This document shows positions 46,125-54,348 of a stretch of 64,000 nucleotides of DNA, piece after piece. The stretch is taken from the NCBI GenBank assembly GCA_016789705.1, contig JAEUQR010000005.1, forward strand, positions 215,343-279,342. Direction: 5' to 3'. Below the pieces are notes generated by a model. The model was not told the DNA's origin. It saw only the letters and a list, made by a program, of their open reading frames with translations, and did not search any database. Positions within the stretch are counted from its first letter, which is position 1. Each line of letters begins with the position of its first letter. This DNA is from Acidobacteriota bacterium (GTDB lineage: Bacteria > Acidobacteriota > Vicinamibacteria > Vicinamibacterales > UBA2999). The position numbers and the translations under genes were made by a program.

Positions 46125-47514
46125 CGGCGGCGCGCACGGCGGCCGCGGCCTTCCTGGCCTCCGCCAGCACAGCCGCCTGATCGAGCGTGCGCACGACGCG
46201 CCCGCGCATCAGGATCTTCCCGTTCACGATGGTCGTATCGACGTCGTCGCCGCGCGTCGTGTAGACGAGGTGCGACACCGGGTCATAGAGCGGCGTCTGG
46301 CGGGTGCGGTTCATGCGCACCACGAGGAGGTCCGCCCGCTTCCCGGTTTCGAGGGAGCCGATCTCCTTCTCCATGCCGAGAGCGCGCGCGCCGCCGATCG
46401 TGGCCATCTCGAGCGCGGTCGCGGCCGGCACGGCTCGCGGATCGCGCGAGGCGTGCTTCGCAAGGAACGACGCCTGGCGCATCGCCTCGAACATGTCGAG
46501 GTCGTTGTTGCTGGCTGCGCCGTCGGTGCCGAGACCCAGAGCCGCGCCGGCCGCGAGATACCCGGTGACCGGCGCCGTGCCACTCGCGAGCTTCATGTTG
46601 CTCTCGGGGTTGTGCGACAGGCCGACGCCGCGCCGTACGAGCGTGACGATGTCCTCGGGCGACACCCACACGCCGTGCGCCGCGAGCGTGCGCGCCCCCG
46701 TCCAGAACCCGAACGACTCGAGGTACCCGGTGGGGCTCATGCCGCCCTTCTCGCGCGCCGCCTTCACCTCGTCCTCGGTCTCGGCCAGATGGATGAGAAG
46801 CGGCACACCGTGCTTCGCCGCCAGGTCGCGCGTGGCCACGAGCGTGGCCTGGTCGTTCGTGTAGAGCGCGTGCGGCGCCACGGCGGGCACGATGAGGTCG
46901 TCGGCCTTGTACTTCAGGATGAACGCCTCGGCCCGGGCCAGGGCCTCGGCCGGCGTCTTCGCGTCGGCCACCGGGAACTGGATCACCGTCTGCCCGAGCA
47001 CGCCGCGAAGTCCTGCCGCCTTCGTGACGGCGGCGATCTCTTCCTCGAAGTAATACATGTCGGCGTAGGTCGTCGTGCCCGACTGAATCATCTCGAGGGC
47101 CGCGAGCCGCGTGCCGGTTCGGACGAAGGCCGGCGACACCGTCTTCGCCTCGGCCGGGAAGATGTACTTCTGCAGCCACTCCATGAGTGCGAGGTCGTCG
47201 GCCAGGCCGCGATAGAGCACCATCGGCGCGTGTGTGTGGGTGTTGATGAGGCCGGGCATCACCACCTGCCCGGTGGCGTCGATGGTGGCGCGGCCAGCGA
47301 ACCGGCGGGCGATGTCGGCCGCCGTGCCCACGCCGGCGATCCGCGTGCCGTCGATGGCCACGGCGCCACGCGGAATGACCGTGCGCGCGCCGTCCACGGT
47401 GACCACGGTGCCGCCCGAGACGATGAGCGACACGACCTTCGGCGCCTGGGCGCCGGCAATGACGCCGGCGGCAGTGACGAGCGCCGCGAGTGACAGAATC
47501 CAGCGGGGACGCAT
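46114..47514 (-). CDS. amidohydrolase (TRZ/ATZ / MtaD-like deaminase family) with a signal peptide
   Basis: MRPRWILSLAALVTAAGVIAGAQA is signal-like. The metal-binding GLINTHTHAPM and ...HLAE..DE... motifs fit the amidohydrolase superfamily. ATG verified at 47512-47514. Confidence 0.8.
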   Translation of the reverse strand: MRPRWILSLAALVTAAGVIAGAQAPKVVSLIVSGGTVVTVDGARTVIPRGAVAIDGTRIAGVGTAADIARRFAGRATIDATGQVVMPGLINTHTHAPMVLYRGLADDLALMEWLQKYIFPAEAKTVSPAFVRTGTRLAALEMIQSGTTTYADMYYFEEEIAAVTKAAGLRGVLGQTVIQFPVADAKTPAEALARAEAFILKYKADDLIVPAVAPHALYTNDQATLVATRDLAAKHGVPLLIHLAETEDEVKAAREKGGMSPTGYLESFGFWTGARTLAAHGVWVSPEDIVTLVRRGVGLSHNPESNMKLASGTAPVTGYLAAGAALGLGTDGAASNNDLDMFEAMRQASFLAKHASRDPRAVPAATALEMATIGGARALGMEKEIGSLETGKRADLLVVRMNRTRQTPLYDPVSHLVYTTRGDDVDTTIVNGKILMRGRVVRTLDQAAVLAEARKAAAAVRAAVTP

Positions 47515-47562
47515 CCCCGGAATTGTAGGCGATTCGCGCGCCCCGGCCGGCCGGCGGGCGCG

Positions 47563-47571
47563 TGATATAAC
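47563..47571 (+). promoter_or_regulatory. extended -10 element upstream of upp (near-leaderless)
   Basis: TG-a-TATAAC (47563-47571) ends 10 nt before GTG 47582. No convincing -35 element. Confidence 0.3.
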
Positions 47572-47581
47572 TGGCGCACCC

Positions 47582-48202
47582 GTGGTCCATCTCATCACGC
47601 ATCCCTTCGTGCACGACGCGCTGGCGACGCTGCGCGACGCCTCGACCCCGCCCGACATCTTCCGCCGCGTCGCCCGCCGGATGTCGCTGCTCATCGCCGC
47701 CGAGGTGCTGAAGGAGGTGCCGACAATCGAGGGCACGGTGCAGACGCCGCTCGGCGCCGCGTTCGCCCGCCGCGTGGGCGCCCGCGTGACGCTCGTGCCG
47801 GTGCTGCGCGCCGGCCTCGGCATGATCGACGGCGTGCTCGACCTGTTGCCTACCGCGCGCGTCGGCCACATCGGCCTGCAGCGGGATGAGACGACGGCCC
47901 GGGCATCCCGCTACTACGTCAAGCTGCCGCCGGACCTCGAAGACGACGTCGTGCTCGTGACCGACCCGATGCTGGCCACCGGCGGCAGCGCCGTGGCCGC
48001 CATCGACCTGCTCCGCGCCGCCGGTGCCCGCGACGTTCGCTTCGTGTGCGTCGTGGCCTCGCCCGAAGGCATCGCTGCCATCGAACGCCGCTACCCCGAC
48101 GTGCCCATCTACACACCGGTCGTGGACCGGGAGCTCAACGCGCACAAGTTCATCGTGCCGGGCCTCGGCGACTTCGGCGACCGCCTGTTCGGCACGGTTT
48201 GA
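47582..48202 (+). CDS. upp: uracil phosphoribosyltransferase
   Basis: VVHLITHPFVHDALATLRD... and the PRPP site VLVTDPMLATGGSA. GTG verified at 47582. Confidence 0.92.
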   Translation: MVHLITHPFVHDALATLRDASTPPDIFRRVARRMSLLIAAEVLKEVPTIEGTVQTPLGAAFARRVGARVTLVPVLRAGLGMIDGVLDLLPTARVGHIGLQRDETTARASRYYVKLPPDLEDDVVLVTDPMLATGGSAVAAIDLLRAAGARDVRFVCVVASPEGIAAIERRYPDVPIYTPVVDRELNAHKFIVPGLGDFGDRLFGTV

Positions 48203-48211
48203 GCGCCCCGG

Positions 48212-48241
48212 TTGCCCAAAGGCCGGGCTTCCGGGTAAACT
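48212..48241 (+). promoter_or_regulatory. candidate promoter for tRNA-Val
   Basis: TTGCCC (48212-48217), 18 nt, then TAAACT (48236-48241). The -10 box ends 17 nt before the mature tRNA 5' end. Confidence 0.35.
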
Positions 48242-48258
48242 GCATGTCTCGCATCGAC

Positions 48259-48333
48259 GCGCGCTTGGCTCAGCGGTAGAGCACCGCCTTCACACGGCGG
48301 GGGTCCCAGGTTCGAATCCTGGAGCGCGCACCA
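48259..48333 (+). tRNA. tRNA-Val (anticodon CAC)
   Basis: GCGCGCU-UG-GCUC-AGCGGUA-GAGC-A-CCGCC-UUCACAC-GGCGG-GGGUC-CCAGG-UUCGAAU-CCUGG-AGCGCGC-A-CCA. CCA is encoded. Confidence 0.92.
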
Positions 48334-48348
48334 CCTCTTCCCCACAAC

Positions 48349-49749
48349 CTACCGGCACGTCGGCACGCTGCTCCAGCGCGCCTTGGCGTCTTCGAGGTCT
48401 GTCTCGACCTCCTCGAGGACCACGTACGACTCGACGAGTACCGCGTCTGTCTTGCGGAACGCCGGCACCCGGTCGGTAACACACGACTCGACGAAGCCGG
48501 CCTCGGCGACCTGCAGCAACTCGACGGCGTGATTGTCGGCCCCGTCGAACGACGACGGCCACGTCACGTTGCCCGCGATCGGCGGTGCGCCCGGTGCGGT
48601 CACGGTCCACATCAGCATCGACTGGGCCGTGGAGAACGAACGACCGCCGCCCGACAGCGTGAAGTTCCAGGGCGGATGCGCCCGGTTCCATCGGCGCTCG
48701 AATCCCTCGGGCAGGGGGACGGCATCGGCGTCGTGCTGGCCCTCGACGAACTGGTGCCGGAACAGCAGCATCCACGCGGCTTCTCGCAACGCGTCCACCG
48801 GCACCCGCCCCATCCGAGTCGTCGCCACGCGGCGCTGGTTCGTGGCATCGCGATTCACATCTCCGCCTCGCTGGAGCACCAAAGACGAGCAGCTGTCATC
48901 GATGAGCGTCGTGCCGTCCTCGAGGTTGAAGGCGCGCACGGTATCGCAGAAGTCGTAGTGCCCGCGGCGACCAGTCACCACGAGCCATCCAGTGACCGGC
49001 GCGCGGAATGCGGCGACTGGCACGAGCGGTCGCAGGTCGCGGTAGTTCTCAACGCACGCGCGCCAGGCTTCGTAGCGCACCGCGTCGGGCTCGGTCGTCG
49101 CGGCGCGCACACAATCGGCGGAGAGCGCTTCGGCGGAGCGGGCGGGGCGTGAGACATCGTCACGGCTGATGTCCCGTGCCGCGGCCAGGCGATGACGCTC
49201 GAGTGCGACGTCTGCACGCCGCACCCAGCCTCGTGTCGCGTGGCCGCAGGACGCATCACCTGGCGCGCACAGATAGGCATCGAGCGCGGCGTCGTGGTTC
49301 GTGCCGCCCGGCCGCAGCGTGCGCGGAGCGTCCGGAGGCACGATGACGTGCGCGGCGTCTCCGAATCGCGGCAGTTCGAGCAGGCTCTCGAGCCACATGT
49401 CGCCACCGCGTTCCAGCCACAGCTTCAGGGACGGCACGGAGTCCACGACGGGGACGCGCAGGCTCTCGAACGCCAGCCCGAAGCACGGCAGGTGCAGCAG
49501 GTCGTGCAATTGCCGTCGCGGGCCGTCGATGGCCGCCGCGGCGTCGAGTGACTCCACGTGGCGCTCGAAGCGCCGGAGCGCGTCGCGCGCCTTCCAGTGG
49601 GCGGTGCTGCCAGGCGTGCACGCGCGAATGACGCCAGTCTCGGGCACGCCCTTCCAGAACGCCTGATGCGCGTAGACATCCTGCGCTCGCGCCGGCTGTG
49701 CCGTCACGGCGAGGAGCAGCATGAAAAGCGCCAACGGAGTCGAGCGCAT
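48349..49749 (-). CDS. hypothetical secreted Cys-rich protein (no family recognised)
   Basis: Signal peptide MRSTPLALFMLLLAVTAQPARAQ. 466 aa with ten cysteines in the mature part by my count. Codon usage resembles the neighbouring genes. ATG verified at 49747-49749. Confidence 0.6.
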   Translation of the reverse strand: MRSTPLALFMLLLAVTAQPARAQDVYAHQAFWKGVPETGVIRACTPGSTAHWKARDALRRFERHVESLDAAAAIDGPRRQLHDLLHLPCFGLAFESLRVPVVDSVPSLKLWLERGGDMWLESLLELPRFGDAAHVIVPPDAPRTLRPGGTNHDAALDAYLCAPGDASCGHATRGWVRRADVALERHRLAAARDISRDDVSRPARSAEALSADCVRAATTEPDAVRYEAWRACVENYRDLRPLVPVAAFRAPVTGWLVVTGRRGHYDFCDTVRAFNLEDGTTLIDDSCSSLVLQRGGDVNRDATNQRRVATTRMGRVPVDALREAAWMLLFRHQFVEGQHDADAVPLPEGFERRWNRAHPPWNFTLSGGGRSFSTAQSMLMWTVTAPGAPPIAGNVTWPSSFDGADNHAVELLQVAEAGFVESCVTDRVPAFRKTDAVLVESYVVLEEVETDLEDAKARWSSVPTCR

Positions 49750-49846
49750 GAACCATGCTAGCGCCGGGGCGACTTGCCTTTCCTGGTCGAAGAGCACTGC
49801 CCTGCACAGGCGCGCACGCGATCTGACGAGGTCACCGGGCGCTCGG

Positions 49847-50044
49847 CAGGCGGGATGGCACTATCCGCTCGGCGGCGACTCTGAGCGCGGCGCGAACGGA
49901 TCCGACACTCGCACCGGAAGTGCGGGCATCACCTGGGCAGGGGCTGGGGGCCCCCTAAGGGTTTGTACAGGCTCAAGTCGCCGAGAGGTGCGAGTGACCG
50001 ACGCGCGAAGCGGAGCCGACGCGCGGATAGTGCCATTCCGCCTG
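49847..50044. repeat. roughly 200-nt intergenic element bounded by 22-nt inverted repeats (MITE/REP-like or a structured RNA)
   Basis: The left arm CAGGCGGGATGGCACTATCCGC (49847-49868) matches the reverse complement of the right arm GCGGATAGTGCCATTCCGCCTG (50023-50044) at 21 of 22 positions. Further internal inverted repeats include CACTCGCACC at 49906-49915 and GGTGCGAGTG at 49987-49996. Confidence 0.65.
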
Positions 50045-50084
50045 GCTCCAGACAGTGGGACGCGTGCACTCTCGGGCGTGCTTC

Positions 50085-51269
50085 TCAGCGCGCCGTGCCG
50101 GCAGCGAACCGGCTCAGACGATACGGCGCCAGCAAGTCCACCTCCACGCCGTCCAGGATCTCGGTGGCGGCCAGCCGGCCCACGAGCGGGCCCAGCGTCA
50201 TCCCGCTGTGCATCGCCGTCACGTAGATGTCCGGGTGCCCGTCCGCGAAGCCCACGATCGGGAAGCCGTCCTTCGGCAGCACGCGCAGACCCAGCGTGAG
50301 CTTCTCCACCGGCATCTTCCCCATCGCCGGCAGCACCGCGGCCATCCGCTGGAGGAACTGCTCGCCGCGCGCGATCGACGTGTCGTCGTTCGCCGTGTTC
50401 CCGAAGTCCGCGCCCGTCACGAAGCGCCCGTTGCGCTTCTGCTTGATCTGCCCGAGCGGCGACAGCAGCAGGCGGCTCAGTGTGGAGGGCTGCGGTGTTG
50501 TGTGCACCAGGATACCGGCGGACCTCGTGAGCGGCACGTCGATGCCGGCCAGCTTCGCGAGCGCCGGCGTGTCGTTGCCGCAGGCGATGACGAGGACATC
50601 GGCGGCGATGTCGCCGGTGGTCGTGCGCACGCCGCGCAGGCGTCCGCCCGTGAGATCGAGCCCCGTCACGGTCGCCGGATGCACCACGCGCGCGCCGGCC
50701 GCCTTCGCATGCGCGACGATTACCTCGGTGGCGCCCTGCGGGTCCACGCTGGCCTCGAGCTCCGCATGCACGCCGTAGCGCAGCCCGTCGAAACGCGCGG
50801 CGGGTTCGAGGGCCGCCATCTGCGCGGCGTCGAGCGGCCGCAGCGGATAACCCCAGCTCGCGTACTGCCGGTTCACCTCGACGATCCGCGAGGCCAGCGT
50901 GGCATCCGTGATCCACTCGAGGCTGCCGCCCCACACGATCGGCAGCTCCCCCTTCGTCTCCTGATCGAGCACGCGCCAGGCCTCGATGCCGAACTGGCTG
51001 AGCGTGTGGTACGCACGCGGCTGCTTCTTCGCGTTGATCCACGCAAACGAATTGGCCGTGGTGCCCGTGCCTGGCGCCGATCGTTCGAGCAGCGTCACGG
51101 CCGCCCCGCGGCGCGCCAGCCGGTAGGCGATGTTCGCGCCGATGATGCCGCCACCGGCGATGACGACGCGGTCGCGCCTGGCGCCCTGAAACGCGCCCAC
51201 GCGCGTGCCGGCCAGCGCCACGCCGGCCATCATCTGCACCCAGGTGCGTCGCGAGATCCCGTGCTGCAT
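50085..51269 (-). CDS. FAD-dependent oxidoreductase (DAO family) with a Tat-type signal
   Basis: Twin-arginine ISRRTWVQMMAGVALAG, the FAD fold VVIAGGGIIGANIAYRLARRG, and overall DAO/D-amino-acid dehydrogenase family character. ATG verified at 51267-51269. Confidence 0.8.
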   Translation of the reverse strand: MQHGISRRTWVQMMAGVALAGTRVGAFQGARRDRVVIAGGGIIGANIAYRLARRGAAVTLLERSAPGTGTTANSFAWINAKKQPRAYHTLSQFGIEAWRVLDQETKGELPIVWGGSLEWITDATLASRIVEVNRQYASWGYPLRPLDAAQMAALEPAARFDGLRYGVHAELEASVDPQGATEVIVAHAKAAGARVVHPATVTGLDLTGGRLRGVRTTTGDIAADVLVIACGNDTPALAKLAGIDVPLTRSAGILVHTTPQPSTLSRLLLSPLGQIKQKRNGRFVTGADFGNTANDDTSIARGEQFLQRMAAVLPAMGKMPVEKLTLGLRVLPKDGFPIVGFADGHPDIYVTAMHSGMTLGPLVGRLAATEILDGVEVDLLAPYRLSRFAAGTAR

Positions 51270-51319
51270 GCCGGGGTTATAACACGCGCCGGCCGCGGCC
51301 AGGCCGCACGTTTGGTACG

Positions 51320-52345
51320 ATGCTGGCACCCGTGCCGCCACCCAGCCGTGCTCTCGGAACCGTGGACACTGCGCCGTTCGCACGCGCGCTCGACGGCGCG
51401 CTTCGTAGCCGCGCCGCGCTCATCGCGCAACCGGACGTAACCGCCTGGCGCGTGCTCGACGGCAAGGGCGACGGCGTGCCGGGGCTCTCGATCGATCGCT
51501 ACGGGCCGGCGGCGGTGATGAACGTCTACGACGATGCCGGGCTGCCCGACGAAGCCGTGACCGCCGTGGCCGCGGCGGCGCTCGAACGGCTCGCCCCGCT
51601 CGGCGTCGAGAGTGTGTACGTGAAGCCGTTCGTGCGCGACCGGAGCCGCCTCGGCGGCGCGCTCGGCGACGAGGCGACCTCTCCCGTGCCGCGCGCGGGG
51701 ACGCCGCAGCCTGATGTGCTCGTCGTCGAGGAGTACGGCACACGCTTCGAGGTGCGGGTGTGGGATGGTCTGTCGACCGGCCTCTTCCTCGACCATCGCG
51801 AGCACCGGCGCGCGCTGGCGGCGCGCTGTCCCAGCCGGGTACTGAATCTCTTCGCCTACACCTGCGCGTTCTCGATGCCGCTGGCCCGCGCCGGCGCCCA
51901 CGTGACGAACGTGGACGTCTCGGGACGGTATCTGGACTGGGGACGCCGCAATCTGGCGCTGAACGGACTCGACGGCGCCACAATGCGCTTCCTGCGCCGC
52001 GATGCCATGGAGTACCTGGCGCAGGCCGCGCGTCGCGAGGACGAACGGTACGGCCTCGTGATTCTCGATCCGCCCACTTTCGCCGCGGCCAACAAACGCC
52101 GGGGCGTCGCCGCCTGGCGCGCCGCGGACGACTACCCCGCCCTCGTCGGCGCGGCCGTGCGCGTGCTGGCGCCGGGCGGCGCCATCTTCGCGGCGTCGAA
52201 CACCCGGGAACTGGCCAGTGCCGGTGCGCTCGCGGACCTCATCGACGCTTCGTCGCCCCGGCCGCCGCGCTGGCTCGAACTGCCGCCCTGGCCGGTGGAC
52301 GTCAGGGAGCGGAATCGGGTGGCGGCGGTGCTCTTCGCGCCGTAG
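51320..52345 (+). CDS. class I SAM-dependent rRNA methyltransferase (RlmI/RlmK-like)
   Basis: VLNLFAYTCAFS...NVDVS...L.WGRRNLALNG...VILDPPTFA is the pattern of RlmI-type 23S rRNA m5C methyltransferases. Confidence 0.75.
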   Translation: MLAPVPPPSRALGTVDTAPFARALDGALRSRAALIAQPDVTAWRVLDGKGDGVPGLSIDRYGPAAVMNVYDDAGLPDEAVTAVAAAALERLAPLGVESVYVKPFVRDRSRLGGALGDEATSPVPRAGTPQPDVLVVEEYGTRFEVRVWDGLSTGLFLDHREHRRALAARCPSRVLNLFAYTCAFSMPLARAGAHVTNVDVSGRYLDWGRRNLALNGLDGATMRFLRRDAMEYLAQAARREDERYGLVILDPPTFAAANKRRGVAAWRAADDYPALVGAAVRVLAPGGAIFAASNTRELASAGALADLIDASSPRPPRWLELPPWPVDVRERNRVAAVLFAP

Positions 52346-53015
52346 CGGCTGTCGCCTCGACGGCGTCAGTGAGCTCCGGTGCCCAGGCGTCGCGGTCCGC
52401 GTGTGGCGGCGCCTGCCACACCGTCCACGTGCCCGTCGTGTCCACCACGCTGCCGAGCACGACGTGCTCGAGATACAGCGGCCACACGCCCGGCCCGCCG
52501 TAGGTGGCGTCACCCGCGAGCGGCGCCCCGGCGTGGGCCATCATGGCGCGGATCTGGTGGAAGCGCCCGGTGTGGAGCCGGATGAGCACGTGCGACCAGC
52601 CCGCGTCCTCGGGCGCGGGCGCGGCCATCACCACATCGAGGAACGAGGGCTTGCCGCCCGAACGCACCACCGTGGCCACGCGGCCCTCGGTGCGCAGATA
52701 GGCCTTGTGCGGCCCCACGAGCCGGCGCGTGACAGCCACCGGCTGCGCCAGGCGCGCCACGTACCACTTCTGCCAGCGCCGGGCTTCGATCTCGCGGGCA
52801 TAGTGGGCGGCGGCGGCCGGCGTGAGAGCCACGAGCACCAGGCCGCAGGCCGGCGCGTCGAGCCGGTGCACGAGCCGCACGTCCGGTAAGCCGTCGGCGC
52901 GAAGACGCTGCACGAGCGAATCCCCGGCCGGGTCGCGGGTGAGTTCACTCGCGAGGCCGGCCGGTTTCACGACGACGAGCGCGCCGGGCGTCCGATCGAC
53001 GACGCGCACCGCCAC
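52302..53015 (-). CDS. RluA-family pseudouridine synthase
   Basis: VVVKPAGL...VHRLDAPACGLVLVA (HRLD catalytic-Asp motif)...HQIRAM. GTG start. Its 3' end overlaps the convergent methyltransferase gene by 44 nt. Confidence 0.85.
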   Translation of the reverse strand: MAVRVVDRTPGALVVVKPAGLASELTRDPAGDSLVQRLRADGLPDVRLVHRLDAPACGLVLVALTPAAAAHYAREIEARRWQKWYVARLAQPVAVTRRLVGPHKAYLRTEGRVATVVRSGGKPSFLDVVMAAPAPEDAGWSHVLIRLHTGRFHQIRAMMAHAGAPLAGDATYGGPGVWPLYLEHVVLGSVVDTTGTWTVWQAPPHADRDAWAPELTDAVEATAATARRAPPPPDSAP

Positions 53016-53020
53016 CGCGG

Positions 53021-53569
53021 CTACTTCTTGGCTTCGCCGAGGAGCGCCGTAAGGATCTGCGTGTAGCGCTCGTCCGTCTCGGCGTGGATCTTCATGTAGT
53101 CGGCTTCCGACATCTTGTCTTCGCGCCAGTTGCCGTCGAAGTTGAAGGGTTTGCCGGCGGCGTCGCGCACGTCGAACGGCTCGTCCTTCTTCGCGCGCTT
53201 CGGCTTCAGGCCGTCGGCGCCGATGTCGGTGATGAAGAAGCGCGACTCGAGCACCGAGGCGCTGTTCAGCTCGATGTACACGTCGCGGTACTCGTTGCGC
53301 GCCAGCTTCTCGTTGAGGAGCGGCGGCGCCGCATACTTCGCCGACACCACGATGATCTGCCCCGGGAAGACGAGCGCGGCCAGGAAGGTGTCGGGCGAGT
53401 CGGGCGCGCGCACGGCCACCGCGTCCATCTTCTTGCCGGTGAGCACCTGCACCAGCTCTTTGGCGGCGGCGGCCGATTTCGGCTCCTGGGCGGCCGCCGG
53501 CTGCACGGCGGCCGTCAGGGCCGCGAGGGCGACTACGAGCGAGCTGCTGAACTGGACCAATCGACGCAT
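53021..53569 (-). CDS. hypothetical periplasmic protein
   Basis: Signal peptide MRRLVQFSSSLVVALAALTAAVQPAAAQ. 182 aa, no family recognised. ATG verified at 53567-53569. Confidence 0.55.
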   Translation of the reverse strand: MRRLVQFSSSLVVALAALTAAVQPAAAQEPKSAAAAKELVQVLTGKKMDAVAVRAPDSPDTFLAALVFPGQIIVVSAKYAAPPLLNEKLARNEYRDVYIELNSASVLESRFFITDIGADGLKPKRAKKDEPFDVRDAAGKPFNFDGNWREDKMSEADYMKIHAETDERYTQILTALLGEAKK

Positions 53570-53606
53570 GCCCACTGCCTCCTGGCGCCGCCCTCGGCGC
53601 GTGTCG

Positions 53607-54038
53607 TTATCCGATGAAGAGGGATTCTTCGTCGTCCGGCGCGGCCGACTTGTAGGCCGTGCGGCGTCGCGAGGCGTCCCGCAGGTCGCGGAACGCCGAG
53701 AAGGCGGCCCGTGCCGCCGAGAACAGCGCGAAGCCGTTCTTGGCGGGGCCGCCGACGAGCTGCGAGGCAATCGCCATCGTGCGCTCGGCCGAGAGCGCGA
53801 GATCGCCGAACAGGCGATCGGCGCGTTCGACCTGCGCGGTCGCGAGCGCCGTCGCCCGTTTGGCTTCCGCCGTCATCTCCGTGAGGTTCTGGATGAGCGG
53901 CTTGACGTCGTGCTCGATCTGCGTCGTGAGCTGGTCCACCCGGCGGGCCAGGCGCAGGCCGAGCACGATCGCGCCCACCTGGATGGCCGCCATCACGGCG
54001 ACCGCCAGAGCGATGATGGCCAGCCAGACGTCGGTCAC
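53607..54038 (-). CDS. DUF948-like membrane-anchored protein
   Basis: N-terminal TM helix WLAIIALAVAVMAAIQVGAIVLGL followed by a helical region (LTTQIEHDVKPLIQNLTEMTAEAK), as in DUF948/general-stress proteins. Confidence 0.55.
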   Translation of the reverse strand: MTDVWLAIIALAVAVMAAIQVGAIVLGLRLARRVDQLTTQIEHDVKPLIQNLTEMTAEAKRATALATAQVERADRLFGDLALSAERTMAIASQLVGGPAKNGFALFSAARAAFSAFRDLRDASRRRTAYKSAAPDDEESLFIG

Positions 54039-54322
54039 GCGTTACGTCCTTCTTCGCGCGCCTGCTGGAAGGCCTCGCGGCCCCGTTCGATGGCGCTCGT
54101 CACGCTGTCGCGGTTGCGGTTGTAGAACTCGCGGCCCTGTTCGGCCGCTTCACGGGCGGCGTCGCGGGCCTTGTCGCGGCCCTCGCGGGCGCGCCGGCCC
54201 AGATACTCCCGCGTTTCGTCGCCCGAGGCGGGCGCGAAGAGCAGCGCCACGGCCGCGCCAGCCACCGCGCCGAGCACGAAGGCCAGCATCACCGATCCGC
54301 CGCTGTTGGTGTCTCTCGACAT
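54035..54322 (-). CDS. YtxH domain-containing protein
   Basis: LAFVLGAVAGAAVALLFAPASGDETREYL is the YtxH signature, followed by a charged helical tail. Confidence 0.7.
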   Translation of the reverse strand: MSRDTNSGGSVMLAFVLGAVAGAAVALLFAPASGDETREYLGRRAREGRDKARDAAREAAEQGREFYNRNRDSVTSAIERGREAFQQAREEGRNA

Positions 54323-54348
54323 GACTCTCCTCCTGGGGCCCCGCGTGG

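Noticed and set aside
49847-50044. The inverted-repeat element was considered as a retron msr/msd, 6S RNA, fluoride (GGxGAUGG-like), glycine or TPP riboswitch, RNase P RNA or tmRNA.
   Set aside because: There is no reverse-transcriptase gene (no YxDD motif) nearby. The sequence lacks the conserved cores of these RNAs: there is only a superficial GGGAUGGCAC resemblance to the fluoride motif, and no B12 box, no CUGAGA...ACCUGAUCUGG pattern, and so on. It remains unclassified rather than assigned.
48334-51319. A genomic island integrated at tRNA-Val.
   Set aside because: There is no integrase, recombinase or transposase. I found no direct repeat of the tRNA 3' end by eye, and codon usage and GC look native. 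I kept only the weaker statement that the first gene and the IR element look accessory.
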